Below are positions 39,657 through 51,610 of a stretch of DNA of 64,000 nt, in pieces. The translations under genes and the position numbers were made by a program. Each line of letters begins with the position of its first letter. The first letter of the stretch is position 1. The notes below the pieces were generated by a model that made no database searches, was not told where the DNA came from, and worked only from the letters and a program-made list of their open reading frames with translations. The stretch comes from Cycas panzhihuaensis (Eukaryota; Plantae; Cycadophyta): contig CM041465.1 in NCBI GenBank assembly GCA_023213395.1, positions 157,177,741-157,241,740 of the forward strand. The letters run 5' to 3'.

Positions 39657-41183
39657 GTAAAATCATGAGTGTTGGCATATCATTAACTATATACTTATTC
39701 TTTTGTTTGCTTTTATAAATGATGAGTTTAAGTAAAATCATTAATTTAGTGATTAATGAAGACAATCAAATGTTGAAATACTTATGTACAACTAAGTAGA
39801 TAAAAAGATTATTAGTAAGTCTTACTGGTTAATAATATATAAATAGATGTTAAGTGTGATACCTCTAAATTTGAATTTATATCTATTTTGATTAGATCAT
39901 ATAATATTAAGTTTCCTTTATCTTATCATTAGAATTAGATATTATGTGTAATAATTCTTTTTTGGAACAAGCAATTATATGGTTATTCATTTTAAATACA
40001 TTACCTTATGAATCGCAATCGACATATACTACTTGAGTGATCAAGATAGAAATTTTCATCTTATCTATCAATTGGTTTAAACTATCAAAAGGAGACTTGT
40101 GAATATTATTCTAGAATAGAATGACAGTTGATTAAAATTATATAGATAATTTTATCATTTGTAACTTATATAATTATGATTCACCATTAATATGGTTTTA
40201 TTGCAGGTTTCATATGAGGGGAATGCTTCATTTTATTTAATTTTAGTGACTACTTAAAACATGAATCTAGATTAAAATATAATTTATTTCTAACATTTAT
40301 ACTTGGTATGGAATTAGCTAAATTATTACTAATATATTAGGTAGTTTCTTCAAAGTTAAATATTGACTTGAAATCCTTATTACTAGTTATTTTTCATAAG
40401 AAGGAATGCTCTATATCAAGTGCAAAATTTAATGTAACATAAATTGAGATTTATTTTTCATCTTTATCTATGGTGCATGCATCCAAATCTCTTTCAAATC
40501 TAGTTTAATTTAACAATGTGTTTATAATATATGCATAGACGTGTGACATTTATGTGGCATAAAATTTTTTATATAGTTCCTCTCATGTGCATTGTATATT
40601 ATAGTTGCATCCTGCATGTCCTTTTGATTATGGAATAAAGACATTCAATTAAATTCAAAGAACAATACAATGAACAAATATTTATTTGTTAGTAGATTGC
40701 TCCTAAAAAAGGAATATAAAATTATTGATCCTAAACCTTAATAATTCAAAGTTTAGTTGGACTAATTTTCAAAGAAGAGAGGAAAGAGGGATAGAAGTAT
40801 CTAAGGGTAGCAACCTAAAAATCATTATTAATGAAACACTACCTATATTGAATGACTTGGTCAAGAAGATTATAGATGGTAATAAAGTGTTTAGCCTTAT
40901 GTTAAAACATCATTGTCTATTATTTAATAAGACAAAAGATTGAATACTAAAGATGAAATAAACTAATAATTCTATTAAACTATGATGAACAAGCTAATTA
41001 TTAGTTTATTAATCTAAAATATAGTATTTAAAAAAAAAAAAAAGTGACAAGTTGTGAATTAGAATAACTTAGAATATATCCTTGTTTATATATTGTTTTA
41101 TCAACTTCATTCTTAATGATGAGTCTTACACTTATCACTAGCATTCACCTCTGGCATGCATAATGTCTTTTTCCATATGACTC

Positions 41184-41486
41184 TTGACTTTTCCTAAGTA
41201 CGCAACTTGCATTCACATTTCTTATTTATTTAACCTACCCTTGTTTTTTATTTTATTTCTCATATTTTAACTTAGCACTGATTGTTCACGTTTGGTATCC
41301 CAGATCGTAGGTTCTCACTCTGACTCAAAATGGTTTGAATGCACCTGCCTGCTTTGTTGACCTTTTTCTGGTAGCCTGACGTTTTGAAGTTTTCCACAGC
41401 ACGTTTCACAGTAACTTGGCTTCTCTGATACAATTTACCGTCCAACCCGTTGACCTGCTAATTGTTACTGTGCAGCAACCTTGACT
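41184..41486 (+). promoter_or_regulatory. W-box (TTGACY) cluster plus TGACG upstream of the LRR-RLK
   Basis: TTGACT 41184, TTGACC 41357, TTGACC 41450, TTGACT 41481 and TGACG 41377. Confidence 0.5.
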
Positions 41487-41615
41487 TGTTCCTGCAGAAT
41501 AGACCCCTGCGTGTGTCGTCTGCGAACAGCCAACGTTATAACCATATGAAGTTACAGTGCATGGACAATGGGTTCGAAGGAAACAAATCACCAGCAATTG
41601 TATCACCCTTGAGGG

Positions 41616-44352
41616 ATGCATTATCAATCGTCCGGTTTGAAGATGGATATGGTACTATTATTGTTGGTTACTGGTGTCTTCTCATGCACATCATCCCTTG
41701 GGCAATCACCTGCGAAACTCATCAATGCTTCCTCCGACGACGAACAGTCTCTGTTGAAATTCAAGGCTTCCATCGCCAATGCGTTTCCCAATTGGAATTC
41801 CAGTATTCCCTTCTGCAACTGGACAGGCGTTGAATGCGATGCACGCAGGGAGAGAGTGGTTGCCCTCACGCTCACAGGTATGGGATTAGAGGGTACGATC
41901 TCTCCATTTCTCGGCAATCTGTCATCTCTTCAAGTTCTCAATCTCTCTTATAATAATCTTCAAGGGCAAATTCCACAGGAATTTGGACGCCTTTCCCGTT
42001 TAAGGGTGCTTTGGTTGAACAATAATCAATTGGAAGGGCTAATTCCAAGTACTCTCAGTGGCTGTGGCAATTTAGTTGATTTAACTCTGTCATATAACAG
42101 TCTGAGCGGAAGCATTCCCGCTGAGTTGGGTTTCCTCACACGTTTGAACTTCCTCTACCTCCCGGGAAACAACCTTACGGGTAGTATTCCCTCGTCTTTA
42201 GGAAACCTCTCGGCCCTGACCGATTTTGATTTGGGAGTAAATAATCTGACAGGCACCATTCCTTCTTCTTTGTCCAATATTTCCTCCTTGACAATATTGA
42301 GGATTTCGAGTAACAACCTCGTAGGTGCCATTCCGCCAGAATTGGGGCTGCTAACCAACCTGGAGGAGATTTACCTCTTTCAGAACCAGCTGACGGGACA
42401 AATTCCATCAAATTTTGGTGCCAAGCTCACCAATTTGCGACAGCTGATACTGTGGGGGAATCAGCTGAGTGGCAGTATACCGATCTCCCTGGGAAATTGT
42501 TCCAAACTTGTAGGCATCGCACTTAGTGCCAACCAGCTGAGTGGAATGGTACCAACAGAGCTGGGAAAGTTGCTCCTCCTTGAACGCCTTTACTTGAATA
42601 CTAATCAACTTATCGGTGGAAGCACTGACACCTTGCCCTTTCTTACAGCTCTTACCAATTGCTCCCGCTTGCGAGAGATATCTATGTATGATAATCGACT
42701 AGGAGGAGTATTGCCCCCTGCTATAGCCCAGCTTTCCAGAAACCTATCCATCTTATCCCTGGCAAACAACAATATTGGAGGAAGCATACCCCAACACATT
42801 GGCAACCTAACCGGCTTGACATTCTTAAATTTCTCAGGCAATCTTTTCAATGGCACCATTCCATCAGGATTCAACAGGCTTGGCAAGTTGGAAAGATTGA
42901 CTTTGGATCACAACAGACTACGGGGAGCCATCCCCACAGAGATAGGTCAACTGCAACATTTGGGGCTTCTTTCGGTTAACAATAATCTGCTTTCTGGGAG
43001 AATACCAGACTCTCTCGGGCGACTTCGACAACTAAGACAGCTTTTTCTTCATCACAATCAGTTCTCGGGAACTATACCTGCCAGTCTAGGAGACTGTCTG
43101 AATTTGGCAACTCTGGACTTGTCTTACAATAAATTGAGTGGAAGAATACCTCCAGAAGTTGCTGGTCTTCCGTATCTGCAAATATATTGGAACCTGTCAG
43201 GGAACTTTCTACAGGGCTCTCTGCCTCCAGAGATCAGCAAGATGACAATGGTTCAAGCTATAGACGTCTCTCACAATTACTTGTCGGGTACCATTCCGGC
43301 AACGCTTGGAAGTTGCACAGGATTAGAATATATCAATATGTCTCAGAATACCTTGCAGGGTCCAATCCCGGTTTCACTTACTGGATTGCAAAGTCTCCAA
43401 ACCTTGGATCTGTCTTCCAATTTCTTATCCGGTACAATGCCGGGGTCCCTTACAAAGCTTAAAATGCTTAGCTACGTGGATTTATCTTTCAACAATATCA
43501 CGGGAGAAATCCCAACAGATGGATTTTTTGGAAACCGTAGTGTTACTGCATTGTTTATGGGAAATCCCGGTCTCTGCGGACCACAGATATACTCATTACC
43601 TGCATGTCCAGGACAGGGAAGCCATTCACTTCTCAGAAAAATAATGGTGCCCATTGTCGGTGTTATTGCCTTCATTCTGTGTGGTTTGCTTGGGGTATTT
43701 CTATGGAGACGAATTTTGCATAGAAAGAGTTTGGGTGTTTCAACAGCTGTTGCCCCAAACCTGGAATATCCAAGAATTTCATATCAAGAAATTGTCACTG
43801 CAACTGGTGGATTTGATGCGGCCAACTTGCTAGGAGTGGGTTGCTTCGGGTCAGTCTATAAAGGGATTTTGAGTGATGGCACAATAGTTGCTGTCAAGGT
43901 TCTCAATTTGCAGAATGAAGAATCTCACAAGAGTTTTGAGACAGAATGCAGAGTATTGAGCAGCATTCGACACAGGAATGTTGTTAGAATCATAACCTTG
44001 TGCTCAAACCCTCATTTCAAGGCTTTGGTCCTTGAATTCATGTCCAATGGAAGCTTGGACGAGCATTTGTATCCCAATGGAGATGAAGATGGTAGAAGGA
44101 ATGCATGTGAATTGGGATTGAGAAGACGTCTGAACATAGCTATAGACATAGCTCATGGCCTGGAATATTTGCATCATGACTGCTTTGTGCGTGTGGTTCA
44201 TTGTGATTTAAAACCTACCAATCTACTTTTGGACAATAACATGACAGCCCATGTGACTGACTTTGGTATTGCACAGCTAACTTTTGCAAATTCCACAGAT
44301 TCATTCAATTCCATGGCTGCACTTAAAGGAACTGTAGGCTACATAGCCCCGG
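41616..44352 (+). CDS. LRR receptor-like serine/threonine kinase, LRR-XII (EFR/FLS2/XA21-like), exon 1
   Basis: Signal peptide (MDMVLLLLVTGVFSCTSS; the ATG at 41643 may be the true start), LRRNT with C.W.GV.C, ~23 plant LRRs, GNPGLCG cap, TM IMVPIVGVIAFILCGLLGVFLW, kinase motifs GVGCFGSVYKG, VAVK, HCDLKPTN (non-RD), DFG and GTVGYIAP. Donor GT at 44353. Confidence 0.95.
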
Positions 44353-44446
44353 GTATGAGTTGTATAACCTATGTTTTTCTCCTTTACTTGATATTTGATT
44401 GGGATTGCTAGAAGTGAACTTTGACAAGAAGTTGTCTTGAATGCAG
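44353..44446 (+). other. 94-bp GT-AG intron of the LRR-RLK
   Basis: CCG G|GTATGA ... TGCAG|AG TAT. Splicing restores GYIAPEYG, the usual LRR-XII intron position. Confidence 0.92.
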
Positions 44447-44826
44447 AGTATGGATTTGGTGGAAGAGTTTCACGAAGTGGAGATGTGTACAGCTTTGGCA
44501 TTTTGTTATTGGAGATGATGACCAGAAAGAGGCCTACCAACAGCATGTTTGTGAATGGTCTGACCCTAAAAAAGTGGGTGGGCATGTCTTTTCCTGATAG
44601 GATTGAGGAGGTCATTGACAATACTCTATTGACATTTGCAACAAATCATAGAATGGACCTAGATGACATCTTCAAGTGCCTTACTGAGCTCATACATGTG
44701 GCTTTGATGTGCACAAAAGAATCCCCTGAAGAACGACCCAGCATGAGGGAGATTGCTGGAACATTAGAGAGAATCAGAGGGACCTTCCTTGGAACCAGAA
44801 GGTTTTCCACATTGCCAGAGATGTAA
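44447..44826 (+). CDS. LRR-RLK exon 2 (kinase subdomains VIII-XI)
   Basis: EYGFGG..SRSGDVYSFGILLLEMMTRKRPT...CTKESPEERPSMREI, stop TAA 44824-44826. Spliced CDS 3117 nt, 1038 aa from the first ATG. Confidence 0.93.
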
Positions 44827-47800
44827 CTTATTTGCTAGATAGCCAAATCAGAAATGTGAGAGGACAGCTTGCAAAAAATTGGGGTCTGAATAAACTGTAT
44901 CCATTCTACATTGTTGTTTTTGATTATTTTATCAGGATCTCTAATAAAAGTTGGAATATACTGTATTAATATTTAACATGTTTGTGTATGCTTCAGAAGA
45001 CCGCTTTCCCTGTTTTGTGCACTTGGGGGAGGGGGAGGTGGGGAACAATGCCTATCATGCTCTGACAATGGGCATGCTTAGGAGTATTACAATTCTTGTT
45101 GACTGCTCTCCAGCTTATAAATCAACACAACATAACAAATGTAGCATGAGTGACTATGGCAAGTCTTCAGTGTTCAGAAAATTTACAAATTGCACAGAAT
45201 AATGCGATAATTGTTTAGTTTGAAGAGCAGTGCGATTTTTTCCTTGTTGCAATAATGTCCATGCTTGACTATTTTCTGCTTTTATTTTTCTATATGTTTA
45301 TGCTAACAAAAAAAACACCTTCATTCAATATGGAAATTTCAAAGGGTTGGTCCAAAACTAGAGAAAGAGTACATGAAGAGGTGTTTCGTGCAAGTAATAA
45401 TATTCAAACAAAAATTAGTAGTCAACCTGAAAAGTGCCATGCAGAGCTTGACTTTCAGTATTCCAGTAAAGCACCATCACTAAATAGTGCCCTTAGAAGA
45501 GCTGGGGAAACGGATAAAAGAAGGGTTGCTAGACACCCTGAAATTATAATGTGAGGCAAATGATATGGCTGAGGTGAAAAACCCAGGAATGAACATTAGG
45601 CCCCTTCTTGGGATGAAGGGTATGGACACATGCATGCAATGCACTTCAGATAGTGTTCTCAAGGGCTAAACTAAAGGCAGAATGTTATTGACTACTTGAG
45701 AACTCTTTGTCATTATTTTGAACAATTTGCAACCTTTATATAGATTTTCCTGATATGCATATATGGGGTGAAGTATGCAATGCTTGTTGCATACTAAGGA
45801 ATATTTGGAAAAAAGGAAAAGAAGAAATTCAAAGGTCATATGCATAGTCAATGAAGAGGCGACATATCGACTACTTTGGAGGAAACAATCTCACCAACTC
45901 AGCGGATATGACAAAGTGGCTTTGGTTGCAGCATTTGTCTTATTCTAGCTTCAGCTAAAACCAGATATTCACATAAATGTATTGTGCCTAACACATCCTC
46001 CTTACCATCTCATTTGTATTTATTTATTTTGAGGAGACATTTTTTAAGAATGTATTTACTAGGTACTCAAGCAACAGACTAACCTTTTTCTAAACATAAT
46101 ATTTGTGTATGCACTAATGACCGTCTAAAATTGTGATTTGATTCTTTTGAGGCCACTGTTGGAAAGTACGACAACATTGAAAGCTAACCCGAAAGAATAA
46201 TTGTATTTCATATCGTGTGCCATCATTCATTGTTCAAAATTTCTTAGTTCGCAATGATATTTAAATTGTGATCCTTTCCTTTTTCCTAAGTTTTAGTTTT
46301 TCATAGCTTGTCAAAATTTCATGATATGAAGCATTACTGGATGTGTCTCATTGTTTAAATCACTTGCCTATCTTAGCCTTTGTTTGACCTAAGATGGTTT
46401 TCATTGATGGAAACAAAGAAACAAACTTTGACTAGAATGAGCTTAGGCATATCTTAGTTTCCTTTTCTTTATAGTTTTTGTACTAGATTTTCAAGGGGGT
46501 ATACAATAATTATTTCATCTTTTCAAGTATGGTGATACGTAAATAATTATGTAGATGCAGTTATTATTATACATGACATAAAATCCCTTTTGTTTAGAAT
46601 TCTAGCACAATATAATGAGGAGAATATTATGATTCTTATTTAATTTTTCATTGTTATTGTTATTACACATATAAATTTCACACTTAACATACAATAGACA
46701 AGAAGAGAGTGTTCCATGTTGAAATTGTGAGAATGAGAAGAAACAATTGTGGTATTTAAAATACATTGGCGTTGAACACATCGAACATTTCCATGTGCAT
46801 TGCCCCCAACAGTTCATTGTTAAAATGAGTGGCAATTTGTTGTGTCGATAGACACATCTAGTTGAGTTTGTGCGTAAATATTTACTCCACAGCATATTAT
46901 GAGAGTAAACAAAAATGAAAAAACAAACAAAACAAAAAAAAAGTACTCACCTACCAACTTGCCTACTAAGGAACCCCAACAATCATCTCTCTAACTACTT
47001 TTCAATTCCTTTATGAAACCAAAGATTATCATTATGAAAAGTTAATTTTTCATGTAAATTGTAACAGATTCAGTGATGATGTCTACTACCTGAATTACGT
47101 TGGTACAATTTTGCCTATTAGCACTTTCAGACTAACGAAATCTACACCAGTAATACCCCATTTGGTATCTATTGTATATACCTCATTATATATGCTCTTC
47201 TTATGTTTTTTCTTAGTATTTATTTCAATCATTCCTTGAAATAAATAGGAGCTAGCTAAAAACTCCATTAAGTGTACAAGATACATCTTGGTTTGCAGCT
47301 CATATGGTAGGTCTATGTGTACATATTATGCACATGGAAATATTTTTAGGTCCATATGTCCATATATTGTAAATGATATAAATACTAAGTCCACTAAATA
47401 AATGTGGTCAAATTACTCAAGGAATAAAAGTAAATAAGAGGGGAGCCATGATATGAATAAGAGAAAATTTTTGTATGAGGTAAATTCTAAAAGTCCATGA
47501 ATTTTATGTCAAATTCCTTTTAATGATTCCACTTGAAATAAAATATGTAAAGCAGACAGTTAAATCAAAACACAGTCATTGAAGATAGTCCACAAGCATC
47601 AACAAGTAGGGAAATGATAGCAATTGTGAGAATGAATAATATTTATAATCATAATGTGGATTATTGATCCTAGATATCTCCTCAAAAGAGAATAAGCTTC
47701 AAAGTATACCAATGATCATTAATTATGATTTTTAATTGTAAAGTCAACTTTTAAAACTAATAAATAATAACTTCACAACTTTTAAGAGTTAATTGTGAAG

Positions 47801-49083
47801 TCAACCTTAAGGAATCTTGAGACTAGCTAATGAGAGAAGACAAAAACTTAAAAGATACATGACTTCCTCATATAGAATTTAATTTCAACCCATGACTACT
47901 TGGCTCCTATCTACTCAAAGAGATCTACATAATGGTATACATAAAATCATCAATTATATTAGAAAATAATATTAAAATATAAAATAAGATAAATGTGAGT
48001 GAAAAACAATAGAAATTTTAATTAAAATAAATTATTCAGAGGGACATAGACTTATATTTAAATTTAAAAATAACTAACCCAAAAGGAAACTTAACCCATA
48101 TTTAGTCCATATATTCCAACTCAAATGAGTGTAAGTTTGTGAGCTAAAAGGGAGTACAAATCAATACAAACAAGTGTGAAAAATAAAGCAAATAAGAAAG
48201 ATCATAATGGAGAAATTAAATTAAGTGACCATCATAATAAAATAAGATGAATAATAATGTTGTATATCCATAACATAATTATTATTGGAGACAGATCCCA
48301 TATCGTCACTAGTATATGGAAGATATGATATGCATAAGTTGACAAGCAGGTGCTCAATCCAATATAATATAAGATAAGCAAATATATGTGATCAAATGTA
48401 ACATTAAGTAGATGACACGAAATAATGTACATATAATTTAATAAGAGAGTAAAATATACCTAAGGTTCCAAGATCGAAGGTAGGAGGCCTAAAATATAAG
48501 AAATAATTTAGCCCATGGTAATGGAGCTCAGTGAAGGTTACACAACAAAGAGCAAATATTATGAACATTATATCATGTGTCTGTACCTATAATATTGGCA
48601 AATTTCTATATCTTTATCTAATACCAAAATTTATATGTATGCATGTGGTATACTAAGGTTTTAATCCAAGATGTAGTAATTTGTGTAAGGATTTTTTTTA
48701 TTATTGTCAAACTAAGGATCAAACCTAGAATGACTAATTTTAAAATTTTTATGAGTAAATGCAAACTATTAGCTATGAGAGATATGTGAAATAATAAGAG
48801 CCATAAATAATCAATCCTACACTAAATATATCATAACCAACATGATTCTAAATAATCCAAGAAAAACCAAGATTCCCTTAAGCTTCCCCTAAATATATGA
48901 GTGTCATAGAAACAATATTCCTAGACCTACATTAGAAAGTGGTATCTAATAGATGTGGGAGAGTGCAGAAATTAATCGACAAGGAAAACAAACTAGAAAT
49001 ATGATGTCTAAATTTTATAATAAGAGTCCATTTGGGATATGACAGCTAGGAATGATAATTTCCCTATCTCATAAGCTAAGTAT

Positions 49084-49086
<3 letters not shown>

Positions 49087-49124
<38 letters not shown>
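49087..49124. repeat. (AC)19 microsatellite
   Basis: Perfect AC run seen directly. Confidence 0.95.
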
Positions 49125-49129
<5 letters not shown>

Positions 49130-49140
49130 TCAACTAAACT

Positions 49141-49375
49141 TGTGGTTCAATGAATGGTAAAATGAAGATGATAGACCAGTCACCATTGAACCCATGGGTA
49201 GATATGCAATCAAACAAGTTTATGGTTTACTAAATAATATAATGATATTGAGAAAACCAATCACCATTAAATCCATAGGTATGTCAATGTATATGTGAGT
49301 GTATCATACAAATGTATGGTTTAATCAATGGTCATATAAGACTTGTAAGAAAAGCAACCACCACTAAACCCATAG
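49141..49375. repeat. Three degenerate ~80-95-bp units, each with an internal inverted repeat
   Basis: TGGTTYAAT ... CACCAYTRAAYCCAT recurs three times (e.g. GGTTCAATG / CATTGAACC). Confidence 0.6.
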
Positions 49376-49720
49376 ATAAGATGATAAGTTTGATTGGTCC
49401 AACAAAAGGGACTTAGTAAATAGTAAATATGAGAGTGCACAAGTGGAGAAATCTATTAATTCTAGAATGTTTATCTAACTGCATAATGCATTTAACATAA
49501 CCTAGAGTCCTATAAGACCAAAATATTAACCTATAAGACCAAACTATAAAAAAATATAAGAGAGTTAATCAAATACTATCTTCCAATTTTAGTGAAGGAT
49601 ATTGATTTATGAGTATGTAAAGCTAAATACCAAGGTAGAAAAGAGTAGTCTTAGTGATCCTATACTATAGGGATTATGAGAGATTATATGGGTATATGAA
49701 ATGAGACTAAGGATTATAAT

Positions 49721-49850
49721 ATGTATCATAGTTAATATTTATTATATAGTATGCATCATAGTTTATCCTCATTATAGAGTATAGGTCATAGTTTATCCTC
49801 ATTGTAGAGTGTGTGTCATAGTTAATCCTTATTGTAGAGTATATGTCATA
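49721..49850. repeat. 30-bp minisatellite, ~4.3 copies
   Basis: Consensus ATGTGTCATAGTTWATCCTYATTRTAGAGT at 49721, 49751, 49781 and 49811, partial at 49841. Confidence 0.9.
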
Positions 49851-51610
49851 TTTAAAATTTTAAATAATTATCCATTTTCCTATAGTAATATGAAGTAAAT
49901 CTTATTTAGAAAGAATTGTTTATTTACAAATAAGTACTAAATCCATTTCTTGGGAAGATGTGAAAGGATGGATAAAATTAATTATTCTTTCCCTTTATGT
50001 GAGAGGGAGATCTTCTTTAGAAGGAATAGTTCTCTTATTACTCAATAAAGCATTATCTTCTTAAGAAGATTAAGAGGATGGAAAAGGAATATTGGATTTA
50101 GCTGAATTTTTATTCTTATCTTATTTTTGTTGTGATTGTTATTTCTTATTATGATCATGAAAAGAATTTTTTAAAATCAATTGAACCAAATTAGATTTGT
50201 ATTAATTTTGAGTACGACACCAAGCTTAGAACTTCATCTTATAAAGAGTCCAATGTTCATCATCAAAATGAGACTTTATTCTATGAAATAAATACCACTA
50301 TCCAATCTAACCTTCAAGCAAGGGATGCATGTTTTATTGAGAGTAATGGCTTTGGGAGATTCCTCTTTTTTATTATATTTTAAGTATTGGTTCCTAAATT
50401 ATGATCCAAACTTTATATTACATATGTAAATAGATCATACAACTTATCTTATGAGAAATATTTGGAGTCCCTAGAAGTTTTAGGCTTGTCAAATTTACAA
50501 GCATTAGGTTTAGGAATAAGCTTAATACCAGCTTGAACTTCAAAAGTCTCATATGAAAAGGCCTTCATAAGGGCATCTTGGTAAGAAGTGGGGTTCATCT
50601 TTAACACTTTGAGATGGAATTATGGTCTAAGAGTATTCAAGAATAATTCAATAAGAAGAGTATTAGGATATTGACATTTTGATGTAAAGATTTTGGCCGT
50701 GTACCTTATTTAATATATATGAATCCTTTAATACCTAGATTAGTAAGTTTCCCTATATATAAATAAGTCACAAATTGATCTATAAGTTGTTGAAAGGTGT
50801 AGATTAAGCAAGGACACAATTAATAGAAGCATTTAAGAGCGCCATCACTAAAAAGTATATATACAAAGAGAAGATAAATCAATTTTCTATTTTATTATCA
50901 TTAAGAATTTGCTAAATAGAAAGTATGAACATGATTTTGTAGATCCCCTCCTTATATAAGTTCAAAGTGAGGTAACAAAAAAAATCAATAAGCGAAGGGG
51001 AATCATTTGAACATCAATTATGAAAGGAGTATTTATATAATTTATATATGATCCATAATAGCTTCCTATAAGGGCTAGTAGATCTACAAAAGGATATGCT
51101 ATATTTGGTGCTACTGAGTTACTTCTAGATGGAAGAAATCCAAAAGGTAAATTTTATGATGTAAATGTGGATTACATGGCTCCAACATTAGGCTAACCAA
51201 GTGGAAAACCTTGCGAAAGAGGATTCACAAACTAGGTAGATTATGAAGGTGGAAAAGTATGACTAAGAAACAGTTGAATAAGTGGAGAACTTATAAATCT
51301 AATAAGAGTACCACCAAAGGGTTTTATGAAAAAACACCATGAGATGCAGGAGGTTGATGTATAACACCTAAACCAAATTATGAAGATGGTTTTGCTTGAA
51401 AAGTGGAATTATTGAGTGATGATAAAATTTGTTAAAGAAGTGGATCATAGTTAACTTAAGGATTTTGATATCTTATAGTAAGATTTTGAGTGTAAGGTCT
51501 TTTATTTAATGAAGTAATAATAGATTGAGCTAAATCAATGCAAGAAGTAGTATAAATTGAAGATGGGGCTTGTTAAACAAGTGGTTATAGCGTTTGTACC
51601 ATAAGAGCTA

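Noticed and set aside
44353-44411. C-terminus GMSCITYVFLLYLIFDWDC of the 931-aa ORF suggesting a truncated kinase
   Set aside because: It is read-through into the 94-bp intron; splicing restores a complete kinase.
41406-44621. Several overlapping or antisense ORFs within the LRR-RLK
   Set aside because: Shadow frames of a GC-richer coding sequence, with no recognisable motifs.
44951-46895. Short ORFs downstream of the kinase as a second gene
   Set aside because: No recognisable domain or consistent exon chain could be assembled on either strand.
49721-49850. CRISPR-like array
   Set aside because: Contiguous 30-bp tandem units with no unique spacers, no cas genes and a eukaryotic context.
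50400-51600. Possible gypsy gag/protease remnant
   Set aside because: Only a vague compositional resemblance; no motif I can cite with confidence.
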